A DNA stretch of 64,000 bases from Candidatus Latescibacterota bacterium (GTDB lineage Bacteria; Latescibacterota; UBA2968; UBA8231): contig CBDFJF010000002.1 in assembly GCA_965248265.1 (NCBI GenBank), positions 512,001 to 576,000 on the forward strand. The letters run 5' to 3'. A model generated the notes under the pieces. That model made no database searches, was not told the origin of the DNA, and saw only the letters and a program-made list of their open reading frames with translations. Below are positions 1 through 9,850 of the stretch, piece after piece. The position numbers and the translations under genes were made by a program. Numbering within the stretch: position 1 is the stretch's first letter; every line of letters begins with the position of its first letter.

Positions 1-1245
1 ATCCAGGCCCGGACGGATTCGACGGCGCCATGGCAACCGCTGCAAGGGCAGCTCCAGGGCTTGCTGTTCGAGCCCGAGGATGCGGATCCGGAGCAGCACT
101 GGAAGCTGATCATCGCGGACCGCATGCGTCAACCGACTCCGGGGTCAACGCCATTCACCGGACCAGGACTCTACACCGCCCTCTACGTCTCCGCGGACGG
201 GTTGCACTGGACCTGGAAGGCGGACACAACCCTGTTGCGCAAGGGAAGTTCCGGCATTCGCCTCTTCGGCCCACCCGGTGAATTTCCCGAAGGGCTCGGC
301 GACGTCCTGCAGGTGCGATGGGATCCGGTCCTCCAGCGGTATATCGCTCACACCAAGCACACAATCGGACCGGACCCGCGCTTTCCGTTAGAGCTCCACA
401 ATCCTGACGGCCCCGTGGGCTCTTATGCGGCCCGGGTGGTGGGCTGGGCTGAAAGCGACGACCTGATCCACTGGAGCCCACCGAGGATCTACGCCTACCC
501 CGACGCCGTGGATGCCGGCTCGCCAGGGATGTACGGAATTTACGAGGCAGACGGTTTTGGCTACGAGGGCATGTGGCTTGGCTGCCTGTCGATGACGGCC
601 AATGTTCCGGATCCATCCTGCACGGCCAAGCCAAGACACGCCAGTGGTTACAAGCGCAACTGGATTCGTCTGGCCGGCAGCCGCGACGGACGCCACTGGT
701 ACTATTTGGGCGACCGTGAGGCATTCATTCCAAACGGAGCCGACGATGGGTGGGACGCGCACTATCTGAGGATGGCGCAGCGCGCCACCCTGGCCGGTCC
801 CGTGGTTGCCGGCGAGGAGGTCCGCTTCTACTACCACGGGCAGTACGGGGGTATACCCGGATGCCCCGGGTTGACCTTGCCCAAGGATCACTGGCAGTGC
901 GCCGTTGGTATCGGCACGGTGAGGCGGGACGGTTTCGCATCACTGGATGCCGGTGACGAAGCAGGGGAAGTCATCACCAGACCGTTGACCTTTTCGGGGT
1001 CCGGGACTTTGTGCATCAACCTGCAGACGGAGGATGGGGGAACGGTGCGCGCGGCGGTGCTGGAAGAGGATGGGACGCCGATACCGGGTCTGGAGTACGA
1101 CACCTGCACCGCCATGAGCGGAGACTCGGTGCGCCTTCCGGTAGGATGGGCCGGCGGGGATGAGCTGTCGGCGCTGAACGGGCGTTACCTGCGATTCGGT
1201 TTCCGCCTCGAACGCGCCAGCCTCTACTCCTTCTGGGTGGAGTGA
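1..1245 (+). CDS. Glycoside hydrolase-like (GH32/43-type five-bladed beta-propeller) protein, 5'-partial
   Basis: Frame is open from base 1; repeated S-x-D-G-x-x-W motifs (VSADGLHW, AESDDLIHW, GSRDGRHW) and C-terminal RRDGFASLDA...LRFGFRL...LYSFW tail typical of this family. Confidence 0.65.
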   Translation: MQARTDSTAPWQPLQGQLQGLLFEPEDADPEQHWKLIIADRMRQPTPGSTPFTGPGLYTALYVSADGLHWTWKADTTLLRKGSSGIRLFGPPGEFPEGLGDVLQVRWDPVLQRYIAHTKHTIGPDPRFPLELHNPDGPVGSYAARVVGWAESDDLIHWSPPRIYAYPDAVDAGSPGMYGIYEADGFGYEGMWLGCLSMTANVPDPSCTAKPRHASGYKRNWIRLAGSRDGRHWYYLGDREAFIPNGADDGWDAHYLRMAQRATLAGPVVAGEEVRFYYHGQYGGIPGCPGLTLPKDHWQCAVGIGTVRRDGFASLDAGDEAGEVITRPLTFSGSGTLCINLQTEDGGTVRAAVLEEDGTPIPGLEYDTCTAMSGDSVRLPVGWAGGDELSALNGRYLRFGFRLERASLYSFWVE

Positions 1246-1250
1246 TGTAG

Positions 1251-1744
1251 TTACTCCGACCATTCCTCTCGAATGGTGACGGGTTCGCCGCCATCGATGT
1301 CGGAATGATGGAGGATGACCCTCAGTTTTCCGGCTGCGTCGATGACGCGGATTTCGCTGGCGGTCTCGGAGACGCGGGTTTCCTCATGTACGGCCAGAAG
1401 CCGTCCATCGCCGCTGTAGATGCGTCCGTTCATCAGAGGTGAACCCGAGCACGACTCCCCTGTGGGCTCATACGCTTCGTGTTTGACCACGCGACCGTCG
1501 GCGTCCCGGAACACGCGAGACAATCCATCCGCAATTCTCTGTGCCAGGATGGGTCGTAGCAGCAATCCTGAGGAGTGTAGCACACCCGTACGAAGTGGCC
1601 GGTGGCATCGTACTCTTCCACGAATTCGCCTGCATCCGTCGCAGTGAATCTGTAGTGTGCGACGCCCACTGGGCTGGACTCATACAGGCCAACTCCAATG
1701 GGGGACTGCTTGCTCCAACGATAGTCCTCAAACCAACGGGTCAT
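1251..1744 (-). pseudogene. Frameshifted hypothetical gene (two overlapping ORFs, 1433-1744 and 1251-1583)
   Basis: GAGGA RBS before ATG at 1744 (MTRWFEDY...); protein-like sequence continues in another frame from ~1540 (DGLSRVFRDADGRVVKHE...). Confidence 0.45.
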
Positions 1745-1919
1745 GGGATCCTCTTCGCCAATCGTCGTGGATACCTGGAAAGACTCGGTTTTCTTCGCGG
1801 CAATATAGTCAACGGGGATCTGGTCGGCGATTCACCGCCGGCCGATATTCGCGGCGTGATAATGACCGCTCAGAGAATTCACCACTGACAGACAGCATTC
1901 AACTCTCAGGAGATTCACA

Positions 1920-2930
1920 GTGAAGATCACCAGCATCGAACGCTTCGTCACCGCCGTCCCCCACATTCCGTCGATAGAGAAGAGTCGGCCTGAACACTAT
2001 AGGGGAAACCCGATCACGATCATCCGCGTGCACACGGATGAAGGCATCACCGGCATCGGGGAAGGAGGCCGCGGCGATCTCATGGAGGATGTAGAGGAAA
2101 CGTGGGTGGGAACCGATCCGCTGACACAGAATCTGACGACGATGGGGGGCGCCATCGCCATGGCCTGCTTTGATATCGTCGGTAAGGCGCTGGGCGTCCC
2201 GGCTTACCGGTTGATGGGAACGAAGCACTTCGACAAGGTGCCCGTGGGCTGGTGGTCGCCGCCGCTGGAGCCAGCGGAGTTTGCCACCATGGCGGAGGAG
2301 GGCGCCCTGCTCGGGTACAAAACTCATAAACTGAAAGCGCGGCCCTGGAACATCGTCGAAACAGTGGAACTGATGACCAAGGCGGCCGGCCCTGACCTGG
2401 GGATCATCGTGGATCCCAATTTTTCCTTCGGCGACCTCGCCACTTCGTTGCGCCTTGCCCGTCAACTGGAACCTTACAACATCGAGGCTTTCGAGGATCC
2501 GTTCCGTTATTTACCCGGTTGGCACCAGTATCACCATTTTCGCCAGCATTCGATCATTCCTCTGGCGCCGCACCTGGGCGACCCGAAGCTGATGATGAGC
2601 GCGATCCGTGCCGATGCTGCTGACACCTTCAACGTGGGCGGCAACGTTGAGACCGTGCAGATCATGGCGGGCATGGCCGAGGCGGCGGGTATGCCGGTGT
2701 GGCTGCAGGTCGTCGGCCTCGGCCTGGGGGTTTCCGGAGCCTACGGCACTCACGTGCACGCCGTCATCCGCAACGCCACGATTCCCTCGGATTCCCTTCA
2801 CTTCACCCGGGAAGACGACCTGATCGGCGGGGCCCTTACTCCGAAGGACGGGTTCGTAGATGTACCTGACACGCCGGGTCTGGGTGTGGAGTTGGACATG
2901 GCGGCGGTGGAAAAGTACCGCGTGGGCTGA
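1920..2930 (+). CDS. Mandelate racemase/muconate lactonizing enzyme family (enolase superfamily)
   Basis: MKITSIE start, VHTDEGITGIGE, KLK motif, VDPN, FEDP, C-terminal PGLGVELD; RBS AGGAG. Confidence 0.9.
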   Translation: MKITSIERFVTAVPHIPSIEKSRPEHYRGNPITIIRVHTDEGITGIGEGGRGDLMEDVEETWVGTDPLTQNLTTMGGAIAMACFDIVGKALGVPAYRLMGTKHFDKVPVGWWSPPLEPAEFATMAEEGALLGYKTHKLKARPWNIVETVELMTKAAGPDLGIIVDPNFSFGDLATSLRLARQLEPYNIEAFEDPFRYLPGWHQYHHFRQHSIIPLAPHLGDPKLMMSAIRADAADTFNVGGNVETVQIMAGMAEAAGMPVWLQVVGLGLGVSGAYGTHVHAVIRNATIPSDSLHFTREDDLIGGALTPKDGFVDVPDTPGLGVELDMAAVEKYRVG

Positions 2931-2934
2931 AGTA

Positions 2935-4236
2935 ATGATCGATCATTACGAAGCCGTCATACCACGATCGACCATAAGCTTCAGCCCATCCTGTGGCAGC
3001 ATGTTGCCGTTGTCGGATGGGAGGATAATGCTGGCTTGGGGTGCCGGTAGCGCCAACGAAGTCGAACCCCTCAGAGCTAACTTTTCCAGCGATGGGGGAC
3101 GGACGTGGACGGATTCAGCGACGGTGAAGAAACGGGATGGGTCCAACATTGAGTGTGTGATCGGACCTTCCCTGGTGAGAATTTCGCCAAGCAAGATCGG
3201 GCTCGTGCATACCTCCGCCATGCGTCGCTCCGGCCGTCCACTCCACTACGATAGGGAGGTGACCTTTCATTATTCAGAGGATGAGGGCGAAACCTGGTCG
3301 GAGGGAATCGAGGTGGCTCCTTACCGGAACAGGATGGATCCGATTTTCGATCACTGCATTCGCCTGAACAGTGGCAGGCTGGTGGTCCCGTTCTATCAGG
3401 GTATGGGGCCTGTACCGATTGTGGATGATCCAGGAAACAGCCAGCTCTTCGGAGAAAAATTCAGCAACGTGTTCTCTTACAGTATGTGTTTCTCACTGGC
3501 TTATTACTCAGATGACGAGGGCGTGACGTGGCACCGAAGCCTCAATGAGGTGCACGCGACCATCGACCGGGGAATGGGTGGCAGCTATTCCATGGTGGAA
3601 CCGGTCATCGCCGAGCTGGGAGATGGCAGGTTGCTGATGCTCGGCAACACTGCGCTGGGAAGGGTTTTTCGCTCTTATTCAGAAGACGGGGGTGAAAGCT
3701 GGTTGGAGGCCGAGCCTACTGAACTGGTACTGCGGCGAAGCCCTCTGTGCCTGAAGCGCATTCCGGGCAGCGAAGATGTATTGGTCATCTGGAGCCAGAT
3801 TTCTCCCTGGGAAGCGATGCAGGGCATCTACCGTCACCGGCTCAGCTGCGCCGTCAGCTCAGATGGCGGCGTAACGTGGAAGCACCACAAGAACCTGGAG
3901 AGTCTGGACGATGTCGATTATCTCGAGCCGGTGCCGGTCCAGTACTATCCGCTAGGAGCCAATCGCCAACCGCTCGATCGGACGCGTTACCACCGAGCGC
4001 CCGGTCCGCTGCGGTTGGACCATCCCTACTGCTTGATTCACGAGGGCAACGCCATAATCATCTATGGCCGTGGTGCTCTGGGTGATCCCGACATCATCAA
4101 TGCTACCTACGGGATGGATTTCGAGGAAACGGCGGCGGAGGTTGGTTTCGAAATCAATCCCGACGATCCCCGCCGGGTACTCGGGCACAACAAGGTTCAT
4201 GTGATGCCGGTGGAATGGTTTTACGGGGGCCGATGA
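2935..4236 (+). CDS. Sialidase-like BNR/Asp-box repeat protein
   Basis: Five Asp-boxes (SSDGGRTW, SEDEGETW, SDDEGVTW, SEDGGESW, SSDGGVTW); start placed at ATG 4 nt after the upstream stop. Confidence 0.85.
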   Translation: MIDHYEAVIPRSTISFSPSCGSMLPLSDGRIMLAWGAGSANEVEPLRANFSSDGGRTWTDSATVKKRDGSNIECVIGPSLVRISPSKIGLVHTSAMRRSGRPLHYDREVTFHYSEDEGETWSEGIEVAPYRNRMDPIFDHCIRLNSGRLVVPFYQGMGPVPIVDDPGNSQLFGEKFSNVFSYSMCFSLAYYSDDEGVTWHRSLNEVHATIDRGMGGSYSMVEPVIAELGDGRLLMLGNTALGRVFRSYSEDGGESWLEAEPTELVLRRSPLCLKRIPGSEDVLVIWSQISPWEAMQGIYRHRLSCAVSSDGGVTWKHHKNLESLDDVDYLEPVPVQYYPLGANRQPLDRTRYHRAPGPLRLDHPYCLIHEGNAIIIYGRGALGDPDIINATYGMDFEETAAEVGFEINPDDPRRVLGHNKVHVMPVEWFYGGR

Positions 4237-4258
4237 GCTTTGGCGGGCCGTAGCTACC

Positions 4259-6646
4259 TCAGAAAGGCCGGCTGAAGCGAGCCAACAGGCGCCACCTTTC
4301 GCGGTCGTCGTCCAGTGGGCGTGCGATGTCGACGCGGAACTCCTGGTCTGACGTGCCCACGCCAAAGCCGAAGCTGCGCTTGAGTGCGGGTTCATCAGCG
4401 CCTTCGAACGGGTCGGATCGATCGCTGGCGAACCAGGCCGATCCGGCGTCAAAGAACATGCCGATCCCCAGGTCATCCACGGGCAGATCGGCGGACCAGT
4501 AGTGGTCGGCGTCAACCCAGTACTCGAAGTTGATGAGAACCATGCGGTCGCCGGTGAACTGCTTGAAGTCGTATCCCCGAATCGTTGAGAATCCACCCAG
4601 GTCGTACAGGTACTGTGACGGCAGGTTTCCCTTGGCGGTGCCGGTCCGCAATCGCATGTCGAGCCGGATGCCGCGATCGACGCGCTGATAGCGGCGCAGG
4701 TCGAAGAGATAGCGCTTAAATTCGTGGTCCCCTCGTAGCGCCCCTCCAGCTCGCTCGAAGAGGCCGTTCAGGAACCAGCCTTGCCGAGGGCCGTGCCCGT
4801 TTCGGGTGTCCAGCTGGACATCTAAGCGCGCACTGGAGATGACGCCTTCGCTGACATCCGGGTTCGGACGAAAGTTGTCGCGCGCGAAGCGGTTGCCGAT
4901 GACGCCCCAGCCGACGGCGTTGTCGAGCGACTCGAACTCATCGCGCGCGTAGCGTCCCGTAACCTGCAGTATGCCGCCGATGTTGTGGCCCGTGTAGGCG
5001 CTCCAGCCGTAACGCCGGTAATAGTCACGGTAATCTCGCTTGAACAGCACGGCATCGATCGAGTTCTCTTCCTGCGAAATCAGCCAGCCATCCTGCGAGT
5101 CGACCATGTTGTGAAGGTCCAGGCCGATCGTCATCAGGTGAGAGTCGGCTCTGGGCGGCCCGTAAAAGGAGTAGAGTTCGCCAGCGACCCGGTACTGCCA
5201 GTTTTGGTTGCCGAAGCCGAAACCGACGTCGCCGTAATGGGCCATACCGGACTTCTCGCGGTACTCCCGGGGCAACATCCACCCAGTGTACAGTCCTTCC
5301 ACGCGATCGTATCGCAACACCAGGCCCTCGGAATCAAGATCCCAGTAGTCAGGGATTTCCGCTGACCATTTGCGCTCCCACTCCAGGTAGCGGTCCGTGT
5401 GCCACGCCGGTTCGGGAGCAGGTGGTGGCTGCAGTAAAGCCACGTGTTTTCGGGCGGCATCGATAGCGGCCTCGGTGAGGGCGATCACCGTTTGGCCGTG
5501 AACGAACATGACGTCGCGGTCAGTCGCGCCGTCCGAGGAAAGGTGGAAGCTACTCGGATCGAGGTTTGCCAGGACCTGAGCGGCCTGTCGCCGTACGTAC
5601 TCATCATCGCTTTGCAGGGCGAATGTCAGGACAGGGAAGAAGGCCGGCGCCGTTAATTTGTGCAGTGAATGCGCTGCCTTGCGCCGCACGTATTCATCCT
5701 CGTGGCCGAGGGCCTGAACCAGGAGGTAAGTGGCGTCGCTGACGCCGCCGGCCGGGGCGGAGTCATCCAGTGCCGGGACGGCAGGAGGGGCGACGAAGAT
5801 TCCGGGCGCCGTGGCAGCGGGTGATTCGAATGACGCTGTGGGAGTGGAGTCCTCGACAGACACGGGGGGCATGAGTACGCCGATCGTCTTCAGGTGGGCG
5901 TCTCCGACAAGCCGTCCATGGTGGCCGTTGCCGGACAGGTCTGGCACTGACCCTTGTGCGTCCAATCCTTCGAATCGGTAATAGGCGATCAAGCCGGGTT
6001 GAGGATCCGCAACGGCACGGTTCATGTTGAGGCGGATCTCGTTTCCCGACAGGGCACGGTTCCAGATGCGGGCTTCATCGATCAAGCCGTGGAACTCGGA
6101 GCCATGGTTGGGCGCTCCCAGCCGCAACGGTCCGCTGGTATCGCGGATTCCCGAGGTGTCGAACGTGCGGATCGCCACCGGATTGCCATTGTGATAGATG
6201 GTCATGGAGTTGGCCGAGCTGTTGATCACCGCGGCCACGTGGTACCATTGGCCGGCGCCGATGACATCAGCGGGAGTATCCAGCGTCAGATGTCCTGTCT
6301 GGACATGACTGACCGGCGTCGAGGACAGATGTATGTAGCCGCGATTATTGTAAAACAGGCTGAACTCCCGGTTGCTGTGGTCGGTGGCCTGCGCGAGGTC
6401 TCCCTTCCAGAACAGGGTCTGCCACACCGCGTTCGGATCGTCGACACGGAACCAGGTGGTCAGGGTAAGGTCCTCGGCTGCATGGAGTGCAGGAGTGTCG
6501 GGGATTTCCATGTAATCGCCGTGACCGTCCAGGGATAGCACATGTCCCTGTAGAGCGGCAGTGGCCGTGGTCAGGGCGAGGACGAACAAGGCCGAACTCA
6601 GGGCGAAATGAACAGGGCGATTCCGGGAATTGATTGCGCGTCTCAT
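4259..6646 (-). CDS. Signal peptide + LamG-like jellyroll + HEAT repeats + Omp85/BamA-TamA-like beta-barrel protein
   Basis: LSLDGHGDY...WYHVAAV...FHGLIDEARIWNRALS (LamG); two D-EYVRR-AA HEAT-like repeats; LGGFSTIRGY motif, FFDAGSAW and terminal F typical of Omp85 barrels. Confidence 0.75.
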   Translation of the reverse strand: MRRAINSRNRPVHFALSSALFVLALTTATAALQGHVLSLDGHGDYMEIPDTPALHAAEDLTLTTWFRVDDPNAVWQTLFWKGDLAQATDHSNREFSLFYNNRGYIHLSSTPVSHVQTGHLTLDTPADVIGAGQWYHVAAVINSSANSMTIYHNGNPVAIRTFDTSGIRDTSGPLRLGAPNHGSEFHGLIDEARIWNRALSGNEIRLNMNRAVADPQPGLIAYYRFEGLDAQGSVPDLSGNGHHGRLVGDAHLKTIGVLMPPVSVEDSTPTASFESPAATAPGIFVAPPAVPALDDSAPAGGVSDATYLLVQALGHEDEYVRRKAAHSLHKLTAPAFFPVLTFALQSDDEYVRRQAAQVLANLDPSSFHLSSDGATDRDVMFVHGQTVIALTEAAIDAARKHVALLQPPPAPEPAWHTDRYLEWERKWSAEIPDYWDLDSEGLVLRYDRVEGLYTGWMLPREYREKSGMAHYGDVGFGFGNQNWQYRVAGELYSFYGPPRADSHLMTIGLDLHNMVDSQDGWLISQEENSIDAVLFKRDYRDYYRRYGWSAYTGHNIGGILQVTGRYARDEFESLDNAVGWGVIGNRFARDNFRPNPDVSEGVISSARLDVQLDTRNGHGPRQGWFLNGLFERAGGALRGDHEFKRYLFDLRRYQRVDRGIRLDMRLRTGTAKGNLPSQYLYDLGGFSTIRGYDFKQFTGDRMVLINFEYWVDADHYWSADLPVDDLGIGMFFDAGSAWFASDRSDPFEGADEPALKRSFGFGVGTSDQEFRVDIARPLDDDRERWRLLARFSRPF

Positions 6647-6889
6647 GAGGACGGCTCCTGGAGCGAGAGCTGCGGTGAGAGCTTGCCCGTCTAGGCGATC
6701 GGGGTGGGGCGTACCTCTCCGCTAACTCTGTCTATATAGGTAGCCAATATCAACAAAGATTTGGTCTGGAAGATTCCATTTTACCACGACAGGATCGACT
6801 TCACTTCGACATCTCGGCCGGGGACCATATTTTGTGTCAGCAAGACGTTCGAAAAGACGAATCGCCAGCACCGGTTGTGGAGAAATCGA

Positions 6890-7909
6890 ATGCGTGAAGA
6901 CAAATTGAAGATGGCATTTCTGGGATGCGGCGCGATCGCCCGCTTTCACCTGGATGGGCTCGTCGAACATGTGCCGCGAGTCGAAGTCGCAGTGACCATA
7001 GACACGGACGCGGAGCGCGCGCAGAGTTATGCCGGCGAGACCAGGGCGACAGCCTTCACCTCGTTGGACGAGGCGCTGGAGAAGGGGGATTTCGACGCCA
7101 TCACCATTCTGCTGCCGCATCATCTGCACGAGAGCGCCGCCCTGCAGTGCTTCGAAGCCGGTAAGCACGTGCTGCTGGAAAAACCGATGGCGCCGGGCCT
7201 GGACGCCTGTGAACGAATCCTGACTGCTGCGAAGCAGGCTGGCGTCGTCTTCATGGTCGCGGAGAACTCGCAGTACTGGCCGGAGATCGTCAAGGCCAAG
7301 GAGACCATTCAATCCGGGGCGATCGGGGACATCATAACGGCGACGGCAGCCTTCGTCATGGAGTTCGACGACTACTGGTTCAAGGACAAGAAGCCGTGGC
7401 GCTATGACCGGGATCAGACCGGCGGCGGCATAGTCATCGATGGCGGGGCGCACTGGATCCGGCCGCTGAGGATCTGGCTGGGGGAGATCGACGAGGTGGT
7501 CGCCGTGACCGCCCGTCCCATGGAGCGGATGGAGGGCGAGTCGCTGGCGCGGGCGCTGTTCAGGTTTCAGTCAGGACATGTCGCGGTTTTCGACGCCATG
7601 ATGCTGGACTCGGTGCTTGCCCCCGATGCCTGGTGGCGAATCAAGGGGACGAAGGGGGAGATCACGATCGGCGGCGGCTTCGGTGGCGGAATCCAGCTGT
7701 TCGATGAAGAGCATCGGGACGGGCTCTTGTTGATGGAACCGCAAGGCTACGCCCAATCCTTCGGACCGGAGCACGCGGATTTCGCGGCGGCCGTGCTGGA
7801 CGGAAAGGAACTGGAAGCCGGACCTGAGCAGTCGCTGGGTGAATTGCGAACCGCGCTGGCGATTTACCGGTCGGTGGAAAGTCGAAGCTGGGAGAAGGTG
7901 TGGGAGTAG
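6890..7909 (+). CDS. Gfo/Idh/MocA family oxidoreductase
   Basis: GCGAIA Rossmann motif, HVLLEKP, GGGIVIDGGAHWI. Confidence 0.92.
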   Translation: MREDKLKMAFLGCGAIARFHLDGLVEHVPRVEVAVTIDTDAERAQSYAGETRATAFTSLDEALEKGDFDAITILLPHHLHESAALQCFEAGKHVLLEKPMAPGLDACERILTAAKQAGVVFMVAENSQYWPEIVKAKETIQSGAIGDIITATAAFVMEFDDYWFKDKKPWRYDRDQTGGGIVIDGGAHWIRPLRIWLGEIDEVVAVTARPMERMEGESLARALFRFQSGHVAVFDAMMLDSVLAPDAWWRIKGTKGEITIGGGFGGGIQLFDEEHRDGLLLMEPQGYAQSFGPEHADFAAAVLDGKELEAGPEQSLGELRTALAIYRSVESRSWEKVWE

Positions 7910-7914
7910 GAGTA

Positions 7915-8709
7915 CTAGACGAGCACGATCTGAGAAAAGCGATCCGGCCTGTGCATCGGGTGCGGAGGGTGGTCAGACTGGTCGGTGGGCTGCCAGGTCC
8001 AGGTCGCGGTATGACGGGTGGCGCGCTGGTCGATGACCTGGTTGCGTGCCAGGGCGACACGCCAGGTGTCTCCGTTTCTTGACGGCAGCGGACCGTCAGC
8101 CAGTCGCTGCAGTCCTTCCCACGGCAGGGCCAGTTCCACCGTCCAGCCATCGTCGACATCCGTGCGTCGATTCAACGTCCCAGCCACCCGCACGCCGGTC
8201 TGCAGGCCGGGGAATCGCCAGTCCAGAAATCCCCAGCGCATGCCGCGCTCGTCGTGGGGTTCCGCGTCACCGCCAAAGACCATCGGGCGCTGGACAGCCA
8301 AATCGAATTCAGGCACATCATAGCGGCCGCCGCGACTGTAGGAGTCCTTCCATATGAAGAACAGCTCTGAAGTTTTCTTCATCGCATTGATGGACAGGTT
8401 GTAGTAGGCTCCCGTGCCGGTGATGGAAACCTCGACCGTGTTCTCCTGCCAGATGAGTCCGCTACGGTCTTCCCCCGTGCACCACACATCCGGTTCCACC
8501 AGCCAGAAGGCGATGTACAGGTTGGCATCGTCCCACAGCAGGGCTGCCTGCGTGTCGAACAATGTCACCCTGCTGCAGTCAGATTGTGAAAAGCGGTGGG
8601 TGCGCTTGGCCGAATGCCAAACCTCTTTGTCGAGGTTGCCGTCTACGACGATCGACCCTTCCGCAACACGATGACAGGTATACGAGGAGTTCCCCTGCGT
8701 ATCACCCAT
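7915..8709 (-). CDS. Carbohydrate-binding family 9-like protein (gene B)
   Basis: VDGNLDKEVW, LLWDDANLYIAF, GWTVELALPW, GDTWR; paralogous to 13012-13830. Confidence 0.8.
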   Translation of the reverse strand: MGDTQGNSSYTCHRVAEGSIVVDGNLDKEVWHSAKRTHRFSQSDCSRVTLFDTQAALLWDDANLYIAFWLVEPDVWCTGEDRSGLIWQENTVEVSITGTGAYYNLSINAMKKTSELFFIWKDSYSRGGRYDVPEFDLAVQRPMVFGGDAEPHDERGMRWGFLDWRFPGLQTGVRVAGTLNRRTDVDDGWTVELALPWEGLQRLADGPLPSRNGDTWRVALARNQVIDQRATRHTATWTWQPTDQSDHPPHPMHRPDRFSQIVLV

Positions 8710-8912
8710 CGTTCGCCCCTGCGGCACTCACGACCTGCTCAGAAAAATACAGGTAGGTAAAACACTCGGGGATGTGTGAATCGTAGACGCCATGGCTGTT
8801 CCATGCCCAGCCAGGACAGGTCTTGTCCCCGTCGCTGTAGTTGATCCATTGGAAGCGGGACACATCCATGCGCCAGGTGTCTCCGTCTTTGGCGGGCAGG
8901 GAGCGACCGTCG
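8683..8912. repeat. Diverged direct repeat, copy 1 (copy 2 at 12993-13219)
   Basis: Manual alignment: ~230 bp, roughly 85-90% identical, one 3-bp indel. Confidence 0.9.
8702..8912 (-). pseudogene. 3' stub of a CBM9-like gene A homologue
   Basis: DGRSLPAKDGDTWRMDVSRFQW...HGVYDSHIPECFTYLYFSEQVVSAAGANDG nearly matches the C-terminus of 13012-13830; homology stops abruptly at 8912. Confidence 0.85.
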
Positions 8913-8937
8913 CCTCCTCTGATGTGCTGCGAGTCAG

Positions 8938-9843
8938 TCACGACCACACCTCACGCAGCCGCGGCAACAGGATTTCCGTGTCCCGGTCGTGCACCTCTCC
9001 CTGCCAACGGTCGTTGACCTCCAGACTGCTCCGCTCGTAGGATGCCTGCAGCACCTGAGGCAGGTCGAGTTGATGGAACCGCGCCACGAGGTAGCCGTCC
9101 TCCTTCAAGTGGATTTCGCGGAAGCCCATGGGGAATCCGATGAGACAAGCGGTATCCACGATCAGGAAATCCCGGTACATCCGGATGCGATTCAGATGCC
9201 GGTGTCCGGTGAAAATGGCGACGATGCTCGGCTGACGAGCGACGGTCTCGATCAGCCGATTCGCCCCTTTGACGATTCCCCTGCCCGGGTCCTCTCCGGG
9301 GGCGACAAACCCCGGCAGCACCCACGAGTGCAGCACCAGAATGAGCGCGCAGTGGTCAGTTGACGCCTGCTCGGCCGACTGCGCGAGCGCTTCGTCCAGG
9401 GCATCGGTCCAGACCCCACTGGCCTCCTCCAGCGGGTTCTCCTGAAAGATGTTTACCAGCGCCAGCCGCAACCGAGGGCCCACGTCTACGACATCGAGGA
9501 GTTCGGGGATGTGGATGCGCTCGGCCAACGGTGCGAATGTGCCCTGCTCGGCGTCACAGTCGTGATTTCCCGGCACGTAATAGGCCGGCACTTCGAACTT
9601 TGCCACGGCCTGCGCCACATCCTCGACTGACTGCAGATATGTATCCCACGGGATCTCGAATGCCCCACCCCCGCACAACAGGTCACCTCCGTGAACGACG
9701 AAATCCGGGCGGATCGAATTGATCGCCGGCACCATCGCGTCCAGCACTCTGCGGCTGTGTGTGAGCATTTTCGGAGGGCCGAAGTCTTTTTCCGGATTCG
9801 GGTGGTAATGGCTGTCTGTCACGAATACGAAGCGGATCGTCAT
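8938..9843 (-). CDS. Calcineurin-like metallophosphoesterase
   Basis: DSH, GGD, PGNHD, H and GHRH motifs. Confidence 0.9.
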   Translation of the reverse strand: MTIRFVFVTDSHYHPNPEKDFGPPKMLTHSRRVLDAMVPAINSIRPDFVVHGGDLLCGGGAFEIPWDTYLQSVEDVAQAVAKFEVPAYYVPGNHDCDAEQGTFAPLAERIHIPELLDVVDVGPRLRLALVNIFQENPLEEASGVWTDALDEALAQSAEQASTDHCALILVLHSWVLPGFVAPGEDPGRGIVKGANRLIETVARQPSIVAIFTGHRHLNRIRMYRDFLIVDTACLIGFPMGFREIHLKEDGYLVARFHQLDLPQVLQASYERSSLEVNDRWQGEVHDRDTEILLPRLREVWS

Positions 9844-9850
9844 AGAATCC

